A DNA stretch of 56,673 bases, taken from positions 1 through 56,673 of the forward strand of contig CALGGT010000043.1 in the NCBI GenBank assembly GCA_937915825.1, written 5' to 3'. The notes beneath the pieces are model-generated. The model ran no database searches, was not told where the DNA came from, and worked only from the letters and a program-made list of their open reading frames with translations. Origin of the DNA: an uncultured Eubacterium sp. (GTDB lineage: Bacteria > Bacillota > Clostridia > Lachnospirales > Lachnospiraceae). Each line of letters starts with the position of its first letter. Position 1 is the stretch's first letter. This document shows positions 40,701 through 50,689 of this stretch, in pieces. Both the position numbers and the translations under genes were made by a program.

Positions 40701-42381
40701 AGAAAGCGCGATCTCCGATTTTTTCTACTTTTCCGGGAATTTTAATGGTCTGATCCACTTTCGTAACACTGGCACCATATATGGTATCCAACGACTTACA
40801 ATTGGCAAACGCGTACTCATCGATGTCGGTTAAGCCATCCGGCAATTGTACTTCTTTTAAATACGGGCATGCATAATAAAAATCGTATTGAACGCCATTG
40901 ACCGTTTCCGAATAGAGAAAATCCTTATTTCCGAAACAGTTCTTTGTGATTTCTTTTACCAAACTTCCTTTTTCAAAGGTAAGCTTGGTCATGTTGTAAT
41001 TTCCCATAAAGCACCCTTCGCCGATGTATTCTACATTGGCAGGAATATTCATGGTAAGGGCCGGGGTCGCCGCAAACGCATAATCACCCAGGCTTGTTAG
41101 ATCCGGCATTGCTTTCAGGAAGTCCGTATTAAAAATACGACAGGAATTGAACGCACCCTTATCGATTTTCTTCACCTTGGATGTATCCGATCCCGAGAAA
41201 GAAATCGTTACATTCGGCGTAATCCGATAGTCCATCACGAAATAGTCGCGATCGCTTCGAACATGTTCGCCGGAACTGAATGCATTAACCGGAATCTCTT
41301 CCACATTGCTGGAGATTACCAAATTCTTAAGATAATAGGTTCCCTCGAAACATCCCTGCTCCAGTTTGGTTATGGAAGACGGCATATTTACATCCTCAAT
41401 ATAAGAATTTTTAAATGCTTCTTTTCCAATGGTTGTGACATTTTTAGGAAATACAAACCCTTCCGATAAATTGGAATTGGCAAAGCAGTTGTCTTTAATG
41501 GTCGTAATCTTCGTATTGCTTAAATTCATGCTGGGAATTCCGGAATAATCAAAAGCTCCTGCCTCAATGGAGGATACACTATCCGGTAAAATATTCCCTT
41601 TTTTTCCATTTACAATAAAGGTTAAAAAGTTGGTTTTATTAAACGCATTTTCTTCAATCGTTGTTAAATTGCTGTCACAGATCGTTACCACATTCAAAGA
41701 ATTACAGTTTTGATACAGAGACTGGGGCACGGTATTCTTACCGGTTCCGGTAATCACCGGAACTTTTGCTTCGGTAATCGCCGCACATCCGTTGAATGCG
41801 TTATTCCCCAACGTTTCCACTGTATCCTTGAGCGTTGCTATGGAATCATCTGTTAAATGTTCACAAGCAGCAAAAGCTTTGGAGCCGATTCGAGTTACAT
41901 GACTGAGGTCAATATCTTCCAGGCTGGTACATTCATTAAATGCCGATTCTCCAATGGATGTAACCCCCGCCGGTAACTTTACAGTTTTTAAATTACTGCA
42001 TTGATTGAATTCGAAATCCTTAATCTCGGTTGCCTGGCAGGCAGACGCATCTACCTCCGTAATATTGCGGGCATAACCGATACCGGATAAATCCTTTACA
42101 TCGGCAGGTACCGAAAAGGTTCCACTCAGTTTTTTTAGATCACTATAGCTAAAGTCGGTTCCTTCTTTCCCGGTACTCGTCTGTAATTGTCCGATCACGT
42201 AAGATAACAAACTTCCATCCGGTATCAGGTCGGCATCTACCTTGGTGGTATCTGTAATCGTACCACTGAACGCCTGTACCTTGACCGGGGCCGGTTTCGA
42301 ATAGACCGTCGGGAAGGATAGCGCCAAGGCCAATGCCAGGGCCATTCCACTCTTTGCCAGTTTCTTCGCGTCAATTCTCAT
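37753..42381 (-). CDS. Large BspA-type leucine-rich-repeat surface protein with C-terminal Big_2 domains
   Basis: Signal peptide, many IGxxAFxxCxxL repeats, YSSSDEDIATVD-type Big_2 repeats, Lys-rich C-terminus. Start at MRIDAKK after AAAGGAG. Confidence 0.9.
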   Translation of the reverse strand: MRIDAKKLAKSGMALALALALSFPTVYSKPAPVKVQAFSGTITDTTKVDADLIPDGSLLSYVIGQLQTSTGKEGTDFSYSDLKKLSGTFSVPADVKDLSGIGYARNITEVDASACQATEIKDFEFNQCSNLKTVKLPAGVTSIGESAFNECTSLEDIDLSHVTRIGSKAFAACEHLTDDSIATLKDTVETLGNNAFNGCAAITEAKVPVITGTGKNTVPQSLYQNCNSLNVVTICDSNLTTIEENAFNKTNFLTFIVNGKKGNILPDSVSSIEAGAFDYSGIPSMNLSNTKITTIKDNCFANSNLSEGFVFPKNVTTIGKEAFKNSYIEDVNMPSSITKLEQGCFEGTYYLKNLVISSNVEEIPVNAFSSGEHVRSDRDYFVMDYRITPNVTISFSGSDTSKVKKIDKGAFNSCRIFNTDFLKAMPDLTSLGDYAFAATPALTMNIPANVEYIGEGCFMGNYNMTKLTFEKGSLVKEITKNCFGNKDFLYSETVNGVQYDFYYACPYLKEVQLPDGLTDIDEYAFANCKSLDTIYGASVTKVDQTIKIPGKVEKIGDRAFSEASSFSTDVGEDPKYKTTKDYGLTINGFPNGGIQKVIIPDSTWSIGDYAFYNNKTMESMTIGTGLKEIPKYMCAECGWYSKNYNEGHEYNDSFNKGQDNVDGDGVYNPEKVTFTGLKELNLTDQVESIGESAFYGCYNLDTFNNGKDFILPSQLTTIGANAFNGCKSMYGLSVNSNLETIGNAAFYGTSQNTTANKEDNICKTFSGLTKVDTTSATSLTEIGDSAFARSNVNNLTIPKTVTQLKNNLCESCSNLRTFSWGYDSEEVAGIGDNAFKDCIQLTNITLPVTAVWAKTLFSGYCGRENGLSLIASKPNDTATVVFDQATKLPFYCFTKFEPALVSMSLTDKEDIQNAANIVEMDSNRYVKVLSESQFKELRELYRMGITWETNNLVLYGKEKGDVDLTVTGSVYLHDLNKLDLRVSISQNYSVKVDELPIDEFTMNNSRIVDSILYMNSESTNGERIQAKYGPKNTTDIISWTVEDENAATVSDPEVNTDQATSTVTVKPVNPGITNLVASYGENVQNKLEVRVLAPANKIELSDTKLGLASGDQATLTANLGFDSKYDNVNPAYKDQVLYSSSDEDIATVDPVTGTITAHGSGTVNITAKAVASGRTATCTVAVLQEKTPIDSIEVKANGLEYANGANKISIDKDKTAYITFNVEYLPYPTTDFLEYTVGDESVIKVSKRTSMDNGKASVTIEPVGAGTTTLTIQGGNKKQVVDVEVYMKATGLTLSDQEVSLDVGKTKKVTASSEPAGVKTNLEYSTNNDQVAKVAADGTITAVAKGSCNITAKDTISGKTASCSVKVTEPVKKLSIKAPTGNTKKVIVKKGTSVQLSKFATNLNDTTDTFQFSAKKNKKGSVTPEGLVTAKKPGKFKVLLTAYNGDHKRLTKKITVKVVKKNKKAKKVKIKGKKKVKVGKTLCLLAKFKPAAATSTITWATSNGSVANVDGYGVVTAVAKGKVKITASTDNGKKKTIKIKVK

Positions 42382-42401
42382 TTTTGAGCTCCTTTCTTTT
42401 C

Positions 42402-42911
42402 TCATAATACTTCATATCCCATTCCTTTCATCATGGAAGGAAGCGGATTGTATTGCTGCACTTGCATAATGACTTGATTGGTTCGACAATTCGCCGCCAC
42501 GTCATGTACCCCTACAATACTCTTTAACGAACCTAGGATCGCCAGGAGCGACCATATGATCACCAGGGCCGATACCGCGCCTAAACAAAGACCCAGCATT
42601 TTATTTAACCCTTCTTTGATCTTTAGATTGTCCGATACATTCAAGGCTTTTAGCAGAATGCTGATTCCTACAAAGGCAAGAATATAAACAATCAGAAGAC
42701 CAATGCCTTTGGCATCTCTTGTTCCTTCCGGAAAAGCGCCTCCCAGCATTCCACCTAATCCAATGGCAAGAGAAATTGCCAATATGTTTTTGATCAGAAT
42801 ATAAATACTGACCAAAAATCCCCTTTTCGAACCCATAAATACACTGCAGATCAAAATGACCGCAAAGATCATTTCAAAGATGTCATCGGTAATGGACCAA
42901 AACATATGCAT
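42402..42911 (-). CDS. CvpA family membrane protein
   Basis: GSKRGFL and LNKMLGLCLG motifs with four hydrophobic segments. Confidence 0.75.
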   Translation of the reverse strand: MHMFWSITDDIFEMIFAVILICSVFMGSKRGFLVSIYILIKNILAISLAIGLGGMLGGAFPEGTRDAKGIGLLIVYILAFVGISILLKALNVSDNLKIKEGLNKMLGLCLGAVSALVIIWSLLAILGSLKSIVGVHDVAANCRTNQVIMQVQQYNPLPSMMKGMGYEVL

Positions 42912-42961
42912 TCACCTCTTTTTCTTAATTGTCCTGCCGGTTCCCTATATCCTGACGATAC

Positions 42962-42999
42962 GCTTACTATATGCTTACTATATTTCTACTATATGCTTA
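42962..42999. repeat. 11-bp intergenic tandem repeat
   Basis: GCTTACTATAT, about 3.5 copies. Confidence 0.8.
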
Positions 43000-43006
43000 G
43001 AATCCT

Positions 43007-44206
43007 CTATGCGTTTTCCGAAATCCGGATTCTCTTAATCGTTGAGGAATCCATTAAATAATACTGATCGTCCTTCCATGCCGGAAGAAACGCGTCAATG
43101 TCTCTTCCAAAATCAAAGGAAGCTTTTAATTTTCCATTCATTCGCATGATCCGACATTCCTGCCGGTCTTTAAATAGAATCTCCCGATCGCAAACGATCA
43201 TTTCTTCATAAGAAAAAGTGATCGGAGTTTCTTTTTGCAGTTTCCCCCTGGCATTGTATAAATGCAGGGTCTTTCCTTCTTTTTGATCGTCCTTTCCGGT
43301 GACCAAAACCAGATGGTCCTCTCGGAAATCCGCGCTGGCAATGACTTCCTTAAAGGATTCTGATACCACTTTTTTTGGTTGTTTCATGTTCGAATAAATG
43401 AAAAAACCTTTTTCTCCCAAAACCAGCACCCGATCCGAATCCAAATAATGAATGCCGCCAACCATGGTGTTTCCCAGGCTTTCCCCGCCCATCATATTAT
43501 TTTGATCTTGTCCGACTTTGGAAAAATTATAAAAGCAAAGTTTTGTTTCAATCTGAGATCCCTTGACTTCCATATAGGACACCACCATGCTCTCCCCATC
43601 CGGAGACAGATCATAATCCAGCGGATATCCATTATCGCTGACATTGGTGGGAATTTCCACACGCACCCTGGCTTCTCCGTCTTCCACGCGGTAAACCGTG
43701 ATCACATTGGAATCCGTGTCCTGAAGAAGAACCACCACATCCCCGGAAGACGTTACTCTGGCTCTTCCAATGGGATAATCGGTTTCCACATGGATCTCTC
43801 CACTGTCTTCTCCTTTTTTCTCATCCCCGCCATAGCGATAGAATTGTTTGGCACCGATATCCGTAACCAACACATAATCTCCTGCCGTTTGTACATCCGG
43901 ATTTTCCATTTCATATCCACCATTCCAAACATCCTCTCCCTTGTCGTTGACCAGGGAAATTCCATCCTTGCTGTATTTTAACAGCTGGTTTTGAAAGGTT
44001 TGATAGGTTACACCGTTGCTGTCTTTCCGTTCCCGTTCCTGCTCTACTTTATAAGCATGAAACACCCGATTCATGTAAAAATAGGACGCCGTTACGATTC
44101 CAGCAATGGCAATCATTACGCCTACGCCGATCAGCACCGGAAGGATCCTTTTCTTCCCTTGCTTATCTTTCTTGAAGAAAAATATATTTTCAAATACATG
44201 CTTCAT
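43007..44206 (-). CDS. Membrane-anchored, probable beta-propeller protein (DUF5711-like)
   Basis: N-terminal TM anchor, LLKYSKDG and GYPLDYDLSPDG motifs. Family name from recall. Confidence 0.7.
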   Translation of the reverse strand: MKHVFENIFFFKKDKQGKKRILPVLIGVGVMIAIAGIVTASYFYMNRVFHAYKVEQERERKDSNGVTYQTFQNQLLKYSKDGISLVNDKGEDVWNGGYEMENPDVQTAGDYVLVTDIGAKQFYRYGGDEKKGEDSGEIHVETDYPIGRARVTSSGDVVVLLQDTDSNVITVYRVEDGEARVRVEIPTNVSDNGYPLDYDLSPDGESMVVSYMEVKGSQIETKLCFYNFSKVGQDQNNMMGGESLGNTMVGGIHYLDSDRVLVLGEKGFFIYSNMKQPKKVVSESFKEVIASADFREDHLVLVTGKDDQKEGKTLHLYNARGKLQKETPITFSYEEMIVCDREILFKDRQECRIMRMNGKLKASFDFGRDIDAFLPAWKDDQYYLMDSSTIKRIRISENA

Positions 44207-44260
44207 GTTCTATCACCAAATGGATCTCTTATCCAAATTCTCACATCCTGTAAAGAGTCT

Positions 44261-44857
44261 CTAAATCTCCGTACGTCCACGTAACGCCCGATACAACGTT
44301 ACTTCATCAATATACTCCAGATCTCCTCCTACCGGAACGCCGCTGGCAATTCTGGTCACTTTGATCCCGGCCGGTTTCACCAATTTACTGATATACATAG
44401 CCGTCGCCTCACCCTCCAGGGAAGAATTCGTAGCAATGATCAGTTCCTTCACATCCGTTTGAAGTCTTGTCATTAATTCCTTCAAACGAATATCCGCCGG
44501 CGTAATTCCCAACCCGGGGTTGATCGCTCCCTGCAGCACATGGTAAACGCCATGATATTGACCAGTTTTCTCATAGGCCATTAAATCCCTGGTATTTTCC
44601 ACTACCATAATGGTGCTGTGATCCCTCTTGGCATTGGCACAGATCGGACACTCTTCTCCATCCGTTAACGTAAAACAGGTTTTACAGGGATGGATATTTT
44701 TCCTGGCATGAAGCATATGATCCGATAATTTTTCCACCCGTTCCATGGGCATAGAAAGAATGTAAAATGCCAGCCGCTGTGCCGACTTGTTCCCGATTCC
44801 CGGTAAGGAAGCCAGTTCCTGCACCAGCTCATCGATTTCATTTGTGTAGGTATTCAT
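44261..44857 (-). CDS. recR: Recombination protein RecR
   Basis: LPGIGNKSAQRLA, C4 zinc finger, EGEATA, GVPVGGDLEYID. Confidence 0.97.
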   Translation of the reverse strand: MNTYTNEIDELVQELASLPGIGNKSAQRLAFYILSMPMERVEKLSDHMLHARKNIHPCKTCFTLTDGEECPICANAKRDHSTIMVVENTRDLMAYEKTGQYHGVYHVLQGAINPGLGITPADIRLKELMTRLQTDVKELIIATNSSLEGEATAMYISKLVKPAGIKVTRIASGVPVGGDLEYIDEVTLYRALRGRTEI

Positions 44858-45207
44858 TAGAATGGCAACCCTCCGCCAAGATTCATGCCTCCGGTCAAAG
44901 AAGACATGGATGCCTTTTTATGCTCATCCAATTGACGCAGAGCCTCATTGGTTGCTGCTACGATCAAATCTTCCAGCATTTCCACATCCTCGGGGTCGAC
45001 TGCGTCTGGATCCAATTTTACGGACAAGACTTCCCCTTTTCCACCGACTTTGACGGTAACGGCTCCGCCGCCGGCTGCTGCCTCAAATTCCTTTTCTTCC
45101 AATTCCTTTTGCTGTTGTTCCATTTGACGCTGCATCTTCTGTGCCTGCTTCATCAATTGATTCATGTTTCCGGGCATACCGCCTTGAAAACCTCCACGCT
45201 TTGCCAT
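44857..45207 (-). CDS. ybaB: YbaB/EbfC nucleoid-associated protein
   Basis: MKQAQKMQ, DPEDVEMLEDLIVAA, between dnaX and recR. Confidence 0.94.
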   Translation of the reverse strand: MAKRGGFQGGMPGNMNQLMKQAQKMQRQMEQQQKELEEKEFEAAAGGGAVTVKVGGKGEVLSVKLDPDAVDPEDVEMLEDLIVAATNEALRQLDEHKKASMSSLTGGMNLGGGLPF

Positions 45208-45244
45208 GGTTTCTACCTGCCTTTCCTCTTTTTAATTTTATCGA

Positions 45245-46801
45245 TTATTGTTCTTCGATCACCACGTGACTTCCCTGGATTCTTGCAAGGATCCGATCCA
45301 ATCCAGGCTCGCGGTCTGCATTCTGGATGACACGGGCCTTGATCCGAACCTCTTTTCCCACCTTTCTTTCGATGGCTTCCTTCAGTTCGTCCATATGACT
45401 TTGGATCAGCTCGATCTTCGTGATCGAAGGATCCCCGAATACCAGTTCTCCTCCCTCATCTACATACAAAGACGTCTCCCCGTATACTTTCTTGACCAGG
45501 TCCGGCAAATCTTTCAGGATTTCCATTCGATGCTCCACAAATTCCTTTGCCTCTTCCGGTAAGATCAATTCTTTTTTCGGAGGGGGTAAAACATCTTCCT
45601 CCTTCGTATCTCCCTCTATGATAACATTTCTTTTTGGCAAAAAATCGCCATTTTGTATTTTTTCTTCCAGATTTTTAATCCGGTTGGTTAACGACTCCAG
45701 ATCCTGTTCCATCTCAGGCTTTGCCAATCTTAACACGGTTACCTCAAATAATGTTCGTTTTGCCTGCTCATAGCGCATCCGATTGGAGGCTTCCGACAGA
45801 ACTCGAAGATATCTGAAAATAACCGGCATCTCGACATTCTTAGCCAATTCCTTTAATTGTTCCAGGCTTTGCGTATCCATTTCCACCAGCTGTTCCGGAT
45901 TCGAGGTATTCTTCACCATCATCATATCCCGGTAATAACCGATCAATTCATCTAAGAATAAGCCGATGTCCTTCCCTTCTCTTACCACCTGATCCGTAAT
46001 GGTAAGAAGCCCTTCGGTATCGCATTCATTGAGCGCTATGGCAAATGCGTTGTAAATCTCCTTATCCACAGCCCCCAAAGCCTTCAGGACTTTCTCGTAA
46101 GTAAGCTTCTCGCCGTAATAGAACGAGACACATTGTTCCAGTAAACTCAACCCGTCCCGCAGCGCTCCATCCGCTTTTTTGCCAATATAGAACAAAGCCT
46201 CATCCTCTGCTTCGATCCCTTCTTCGTCCAAAAGTTCCCGTAAACGCTTGGCTATGGTTTCCGGCGTGATCCGGTGAAAATCGTAGCGCTGACACCGGGA
46301 ACGGATGGTCAACGGCAATTTATGGGCCTCGGTTGTCGCCAATATAAATACCAAATAGGACGGCGGTTCTTCCAATGTTTTTAACAGAGCATTAAACGCA
46401 CTGCCGGTTAACATATGAACCTCGTCGATGATGTATACCTTAAATTTCCCCACCGTGGGAGCATATTGTACTTCTTCAATGATCTGTCTTACATCCTCCA
46501 CTTTGTTATTGGAAGCCGCATCGATCTCGATCACATTCATGGAGTTTCCAGCCGCGATCTGCTTACACATCTCACATTCCCCACAGGGACCATTCGGCCC
46601 TGGATTCTCGCAGTTAATGGCCCGGGCCAGGATTTTAGCCGTAGTCGTCTTTCCGGTTCCTCTTGTCCCGCAGAACAAATATGCATGCCCCAGCCGATCA
46701 GAAGCCAGCTGATTCTGTAAGGTTTTTACAATATGATCCTGCCCCTTTACTTCCGCAAAATGATCCGGTCTGAATTTTCTGTAAAATGCCTGATACGCCA
46801 A
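45245..46801 (-). CDS. dnaX: DNA polymerase III subunit gamma/tau
   Basis: GTRGTGKTT, IDAASN, DEVHML, SRCQ. TTG start. Confidence 0.96.
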   Translation of the reverse strand: MAYQAFYRKFRPDHFAEVKGQDHIVKTLQNQLASDRLGHAYLFCGTRGTGKTTTAKILARAINCENPGPNGPCGECEMCKQIAAGNSMNVIEIDAASNNKVEDVRQIIEEVQYAPTVGKFKVYIIDEVHMLTGSAFNALLKTLEEPPSYLVFILATTEAHKLPLTIRSRCQRYDFHRITPETIAKRLRELLDEEGIEAEDEALFYIGKKADGALRDGLSLLEQCVSFYYGEKLTYEKVLKALGAVDKEIYNAFAIALNECDTEGLLTITDQVVREGKDIGLFLDELIGYYRDMMMVKNTSNPEQLVEMDTQSLEQLKELAKNVEMPVIFRYLRVLSEASNRMRYEQAKRTLFEVTVLRLAKPEMEQDLESLTNRIKNLEEKIQNGDFLPKRNVIIEGDTKEEDVLPPPKKELILPEEAKEFVEHRMEILKDLPDLVKKVYGETSLYVDEGGELVFGDPSITKIELIQSHMDELKEAIERKVGKEVRIKARVIQNADREPGLDRILARIQGSHVVIEEQ

Positions 46802-46820
46802 TTTCTACATCCTCTCATTC

Positions 46821-47891
46821 TTAGTCACCAAAGCTGATCCCCATCGCCCGGATCTCCCGTACGATGGAAGACTCCGGATCCACCATTTTTAACTGACCGG
46901 CTACTTCTTGCAAAGGAACGCTGGTAATATCGTTGTTTTGAACTGCCACCATTTTCCCGTAATCTTCCTGGATGATCAATCCGGCCGCAGCCGCTCCCAA
47001 ACGAGTGGATAACACACGATCATACGGACAGGGACTTCCCCCACGCTGCGCGTGTCCCGGAACCGTGATGCGAATTTCCTGACCGGTACGTTCCGCAATC
47101 TGGGCACCGATTTCGTAGGATACGCTGGGATAGGGATTATTTTTTAATTTTCTCTTATATTCCTTCTTGGGCAAAGCCGCGTCATCCTTAGAAATCGCTC
47201 CCTCTGCCACGGCTAAGATGGAAAATCTTTTTCCCTTTTTCTCCCGCTGTTGCACCGCATCGACCACTCGATCAATCTCATAGGGAATCTCCGGAATTAA
47301 AATCACATCCGCTCCTCCCGCGATGCCAGCATGAAGGGTTAGCCATCCCACCTTATGCCCCATAACTTCTACAATAAACACACGACCGTGGGAATACGCG
47401 GTGGTATGAATCTTATCAATGCAATCGGTCGCAATATCTACCGCACTTTGGAATCCGAACGTCATATCCGTTCCCCAAATATCATTGTCAATGGTCTTCG
47501 GCAGACCTACGACGTTCAACCCCTCTTCCCGAAGGAGGTTGGCCGTTTTCTGGGTTCCGTTCCCTCCAAGGATCACCAGGCAATCCAAACCCCAATCCTT
47601 GTAATTCTTCTTCATGGCTTCCACTTTGTCTAGGCCATTCTCATCCGGTTTTCTCATATGCTTAAAAGGCTGTCGGGAAGAACCCAAGATCGTTCCTCCT
47701 GTGGTTAGAATCCCTGCAAAATCAGAGCTTTCCATCTTGCGAATATTTCCATAGATCAATCCCTTATATCCATCTAAAATACCATAGATCTCATAGTCCC
47801 CATTGGCGTATAAGGTCTTTGCCACACCACGCATGGTTGCGTTCAAAGCCTGACAATCCCCGCCACTGGTTAAGAAAGCTACCTTTTTCAT
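46821..47891 (-). CDS. pfkA: 6-phosphofructokinase
   Basis: TSGGD, GGTILGSSR, PKTIDND, EVMG. Confidence 0.92.
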   Translation of the reverse strand: MKKVAFLTSGGDCQALNATMRGVAKTLYANGDYEIYGILDGYKGLIYGNIRKMESSDFAGILTTGGTILGSSRQPFKHMRKPDENGLDKVEAMKKNYKDWGLDCLVILGGNGTQKTANLLREEGLNVVGLPKTIDNDIWGTDMTFGFQSAVDIATDCIDKIHTTAYSHGRVFIVEVMGHKVGWLTLHAGIAGGADVILIPEIPYEIDRVVDAVQQREKKGKRFSILAVAEGAISKDDAALPKKEYKRKLKNNPYPSVSYEIGAQIAERTGQEIRITVPGHAQRGGSPCPYDRVLSTRLGAAAAGLIIQEDYGKMVAVQNNDITSVPLQEVAGQLKMVDPESSIVREIRAMGISFGD

Positions 47892-48032
47892 ACCACATAC
47901 TCTCCTTTCTTTTTATCAATACAATCTCATTACATTATACATTATTTCCCCACTACATTTCAATATATTTTTACAAACCTCCCCACATCTTCACGAAGGG
48001 TTTCAGCCGGTGATCGATCTCTCCAACTGAGT

Positions 48033-48066
48033 AAAAAAGGCTCTGCCGCCGATCGCCGCAGAGCCC
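48033..48066 (-). terminator. Terminator after nfnB
   Basis: GGCTCTGC...GCAGAGCC-TTTTTT on the minus strand. Confidence 0.8.
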
Positions 48067-48109
48067 TGGATTCATTCTCAAAGCATCAAAATGTAAAAAT
48101 TCCTGTTTT

Positions 48110-49510
48110 TTATTCTTTGCCTTTGATGTATTCATCAATCGCCTTTGCTGCTTCTTTTCCGGCACCCATAGCCAGGATCACCGTCGCCGCACCGGTTACC
48201 GCATCTCCTCCGGCATACACACCATCGCGGGTGGTTTCTCCTTTCTCGCTCTTCGTGATCAGACAACCACGGTTATTGGCATCCAAACCAGGCGTTGTGG
48301 AACGGATCAAAGGATTCGGGCTGGTACCGATGGACATGATCACACAGTCAACGTCCAGCACAAATTCGGAACCCTCTACCGGAATCGGACGTCTTCTTCC
48401 GCTGTCGTCCGGCTCTCCTAATTCCATTTGGATGCAGCGCATTCCGCTTACCATACCGTCTTCGTCGCCTAAGATCTCAACCGGATTGTGCAAGGTTTTG
48501 AAGATCACGCCTTCCTCCTCTGCATGCTCCACTTCTTCTTTTCTGGCCGGTAACTCTTCCATACCACGACGATACACAATGTAAACATGTTCCGCTCCCA
48601 GACGCAACGCGCTTCGAGCCGCATCCATGGCTACGTTTCCACCACCGACAACCGCTACATTCTTCGCGTGTTGGATCGGCGTCTTACTTCCTTCGACGTA
48701 AGCTTTCATTAAGTTGATACGGGTTAAGAATTCGTTGGCGGAATAAACACCCTTTAAACTTTCTCCCGGAATGTTCATAAATCTGGGAAGTCCGGCACCG
48801 GAACCAATGAAGATTCCCTCGTATCCCATATGGAATAATTCGTCAATGGTCAATACTTTACCGATCACCATGTTGGTTTGTACATCCACTCCGATATCAA
48901 TTAAGTTCTGGATCTCATTTTGCACGATCTTCTTGGGCAAACGGAATTCCGGAATTCCGTATACCAAAACGCCGCCGGCCAAATGAAGGGCTTCGAAGAT
49001 GGTTACCTCATAACCGATCTTTGCCAGATCACCGGCAGCCGTAAGTCCACTGGGGCCGGCTCCGATAATCGCAACCTTGTGACCATTCTTCTCGGGGATC
49101 ACCGGTTTTTCCTGATTATGTTCCCGATGATAATCGGCTACAAAACGTTCCAAACGACCGATTCCAACCGGTTCACCTTTGATCCCCCGGATGCATTTCC
49201 CTTCACATTGAGACTCCTGGGGACATACACGTCCACAAACCGCCGGTAGAGAAGAGGACTCGGAAATGATCTGATAAGCCCCTTCAATATCCTCATTCGC
49301 CAGTCTCTCAATAAACGCCGGGATATGGATCTTGACCGGGCAAGCGCTGACACAAGGCATATTTTTACAATTCAAACAACGGCGGGCTTCATTAAAAGCC
49401 ATCTCCTTTGTATAACCCAACGCAACCTCGTCAAAATTTTTATTTCGAACGTTCGGATCCTGGGTGGGCATGGGACATTTATTCATATCCATATTACGCT
49501 GTACTGCCAT
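48110..49510 (-). CDS. nfnB: NfnB/SudA-like (GltD-family) large subunit of NADH-dependent ferredoxin:NADP+ oxidoreductase
   Basis: RCLNC..CVSACP, CGRVCPQESQCE, two Rossmann motifs, paired with the small subunit. Confidence 0.85.
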   Translation of the reverse strand: MAVQRNMDMNKCPMPTQDPNVRNKNFDEVALGYTKEMAFNEARRCLNCKNMPCVSACPVKIHIPAFIERLANEDIEGAYQIISESSSLPAVCGRVCPQESQCEGKCIRGIKGEPVGIGRLERFVADYHREHNQEKPVIPEKNGHKVAIIGAGPSGLTAAGDLAKIGYEVTIFEALHLAGGVLVYGIPEFRLPKKIVQNEIQNLIDIGVDVQTNMVIGKVLTIDELFHMGYEGIFIGSGAGLPRFMNIPGESLKGVYSANEFLTRINLMKAYVEGSKTPIQHAKNVAVVGGGNVAMDAARSALRLGAEHVYIVYRRGMEELPARKEEVEHAEEEGVIFKTLHNPVEILGDEDGMVSGMRCIQMELGEPDDSGRRRPIPVEGSEFVLDVDCVIMSIGTSPNPLIRSTTPGLDANNRGCLITKSEKGETTRDGVYAGGDAVTGAATVILAMGAGKEAAKAIDEYIKGKE

Positions 49511-49512
49511 AA

Positions 49513-50355
49513 TTAGTTAACCTCCTTCGTCAACAAATTGCATGCTTCTTCTCTCGCATGTGCTTCAAAGTCTCGATACATACTTCCACGGTGCATCGCC
49601 TCATCAAAGTCGACCAAATGTCCGTCAAAGTCCGGTCCGTCTACGCATGCAAATTTCGTTTCTCCCCCTACCGTCAAACGACAACCGCCGCACATTCCCG
49701 TTCCGTCGATCATGATCGGGTTCATGCTGACCATGGTCTTAACGTCGTATTTCTTCGTGGTTAATGCTACGAACTTCATCATGATCACCGGTCCAATGGC
49801 AATCACTTCATCAAATTCTGCGCCATCCTGGATCAATTTCTCTAAGGGAGCGGTAACAACCCCCTTCTCTCCGTAACTTCCATCGTCGGTCATCATAATA
49901 AAATGATCACTCACCGCTTTAAATTCATCTTCTAAAATGACCAGATCCTTGTTACGGAATCCAACGATCGATGTTACCTCTACGCCTAATTCATGAAGCT
50001 TCTTGGCAACCGGATAAGCAATGGCACATCCAACTCCACCACCTACCACCGCAACTTTCTTCAGGCCGTCGGTGTGAGTAGGCTGTCCCAGGGGCCCTAC
50101 AAAATCATGCAGGCAATCTCCCTCTTCCAGTGTATCCAATTCCATGGTTGCGCCACCGACGATCTGATAGATAATGGTTACCGTACCAGCTTCTCGATCA
50201 TAGTCTCCAATCGTAAGGGGGACTCTTTCACTATCTTCCTTCGCGCGGAAAATAATAAATTGTCCGGGCTCCGCCTTCTTCGCGATCAGCGGTGCTTGAA
50301 TGACCATCTTGGTTACCGTCGGATTCAAATGCTCTTTTTTAACGATTTCAAACAT
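49513..50355 (-). CDS. nfnA: NfnA/SudB-like small subunit (FAD, 2Fe-2S)
   Basis: ERVPLTI, GGGVG, DGTGMCGGCR...CVDGPDF. Confidence 0.87.
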   Translation of the reverse strand: MFEIVKKEHLNPTVTKMVIQAPLIAKKAEPGQFIIFRAKEDSERVPLTIGDYDREAGTVTIIYQIVGGATMELDTLEEGDCLHDFVGPLGQPTHTDGLKKVAVVGGGVGCAIAYPVAKKLHELGVEVTSIVGFRNKDLVILEDEFKAVSDHFIMMTDDGSYGEKGVVTAPLEKLIQDGAEFDEVIAIGPVIMMKFVALTTKKYDVKTMVSMNPIMIDGTGMCGGCRLTVGGETKFACVDGPDFDGHLVDFDEAMHRGSMYRDFEAHAREEACNLLTKEVN

Positions 50356-50519
50356 GACTTCATTCCCTCTCTTATTTTTTATTTTAGAAGAATTTCTCTT
50401 CTTAATTTCCTAGGTTCTGCTTTCACAACTTCTTTACAGGTTCATAACCGGTTCTTTCCAGAAATTCCCACAGGTTCCTTTCCGAATTTTCCGGGTTTCT
50501 TCTGTTCTTTATCTTCTTA

Positions 50520-50569
50520 TTGAGAAAAATTATCAACTAAATTATAACATGACTTTATGTTCCATGCAA
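50520..50569 (-). promoter_or_regulatory. nfnAB promoter with an adjacent imperfect palindrome
   Basis: TTGCAT-17 bp-TATAAT (50569-50541), and TTGAGAAAAATTATCAA at 50520-50536. Confidence 0.7.
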
Positions 50570-50689
50570 GAATAACTTTTACGCAGCGGTAACCGCAAAA
50601 AAAGAATTGCCCCCTTCCCAATTGCAACCGGCACAATTCTATGGTAAAATGTAGGTGCAAAACTAATTTTAGAAAGAGAGTGATGATTT

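Noticed and set aside
45565..45585. dnaX programmed -1 frameshift at an A6G run
   Set aside because: Codons read CCG AAA AAA GAA, not the canonical A AAA AAG phase, and I saw no clear stimulatory hairpin.
47975..48010. Another fragment of the dispersed element (CTCCCCACATC)
   Set aside because: The match is too short and the end motif is absent.
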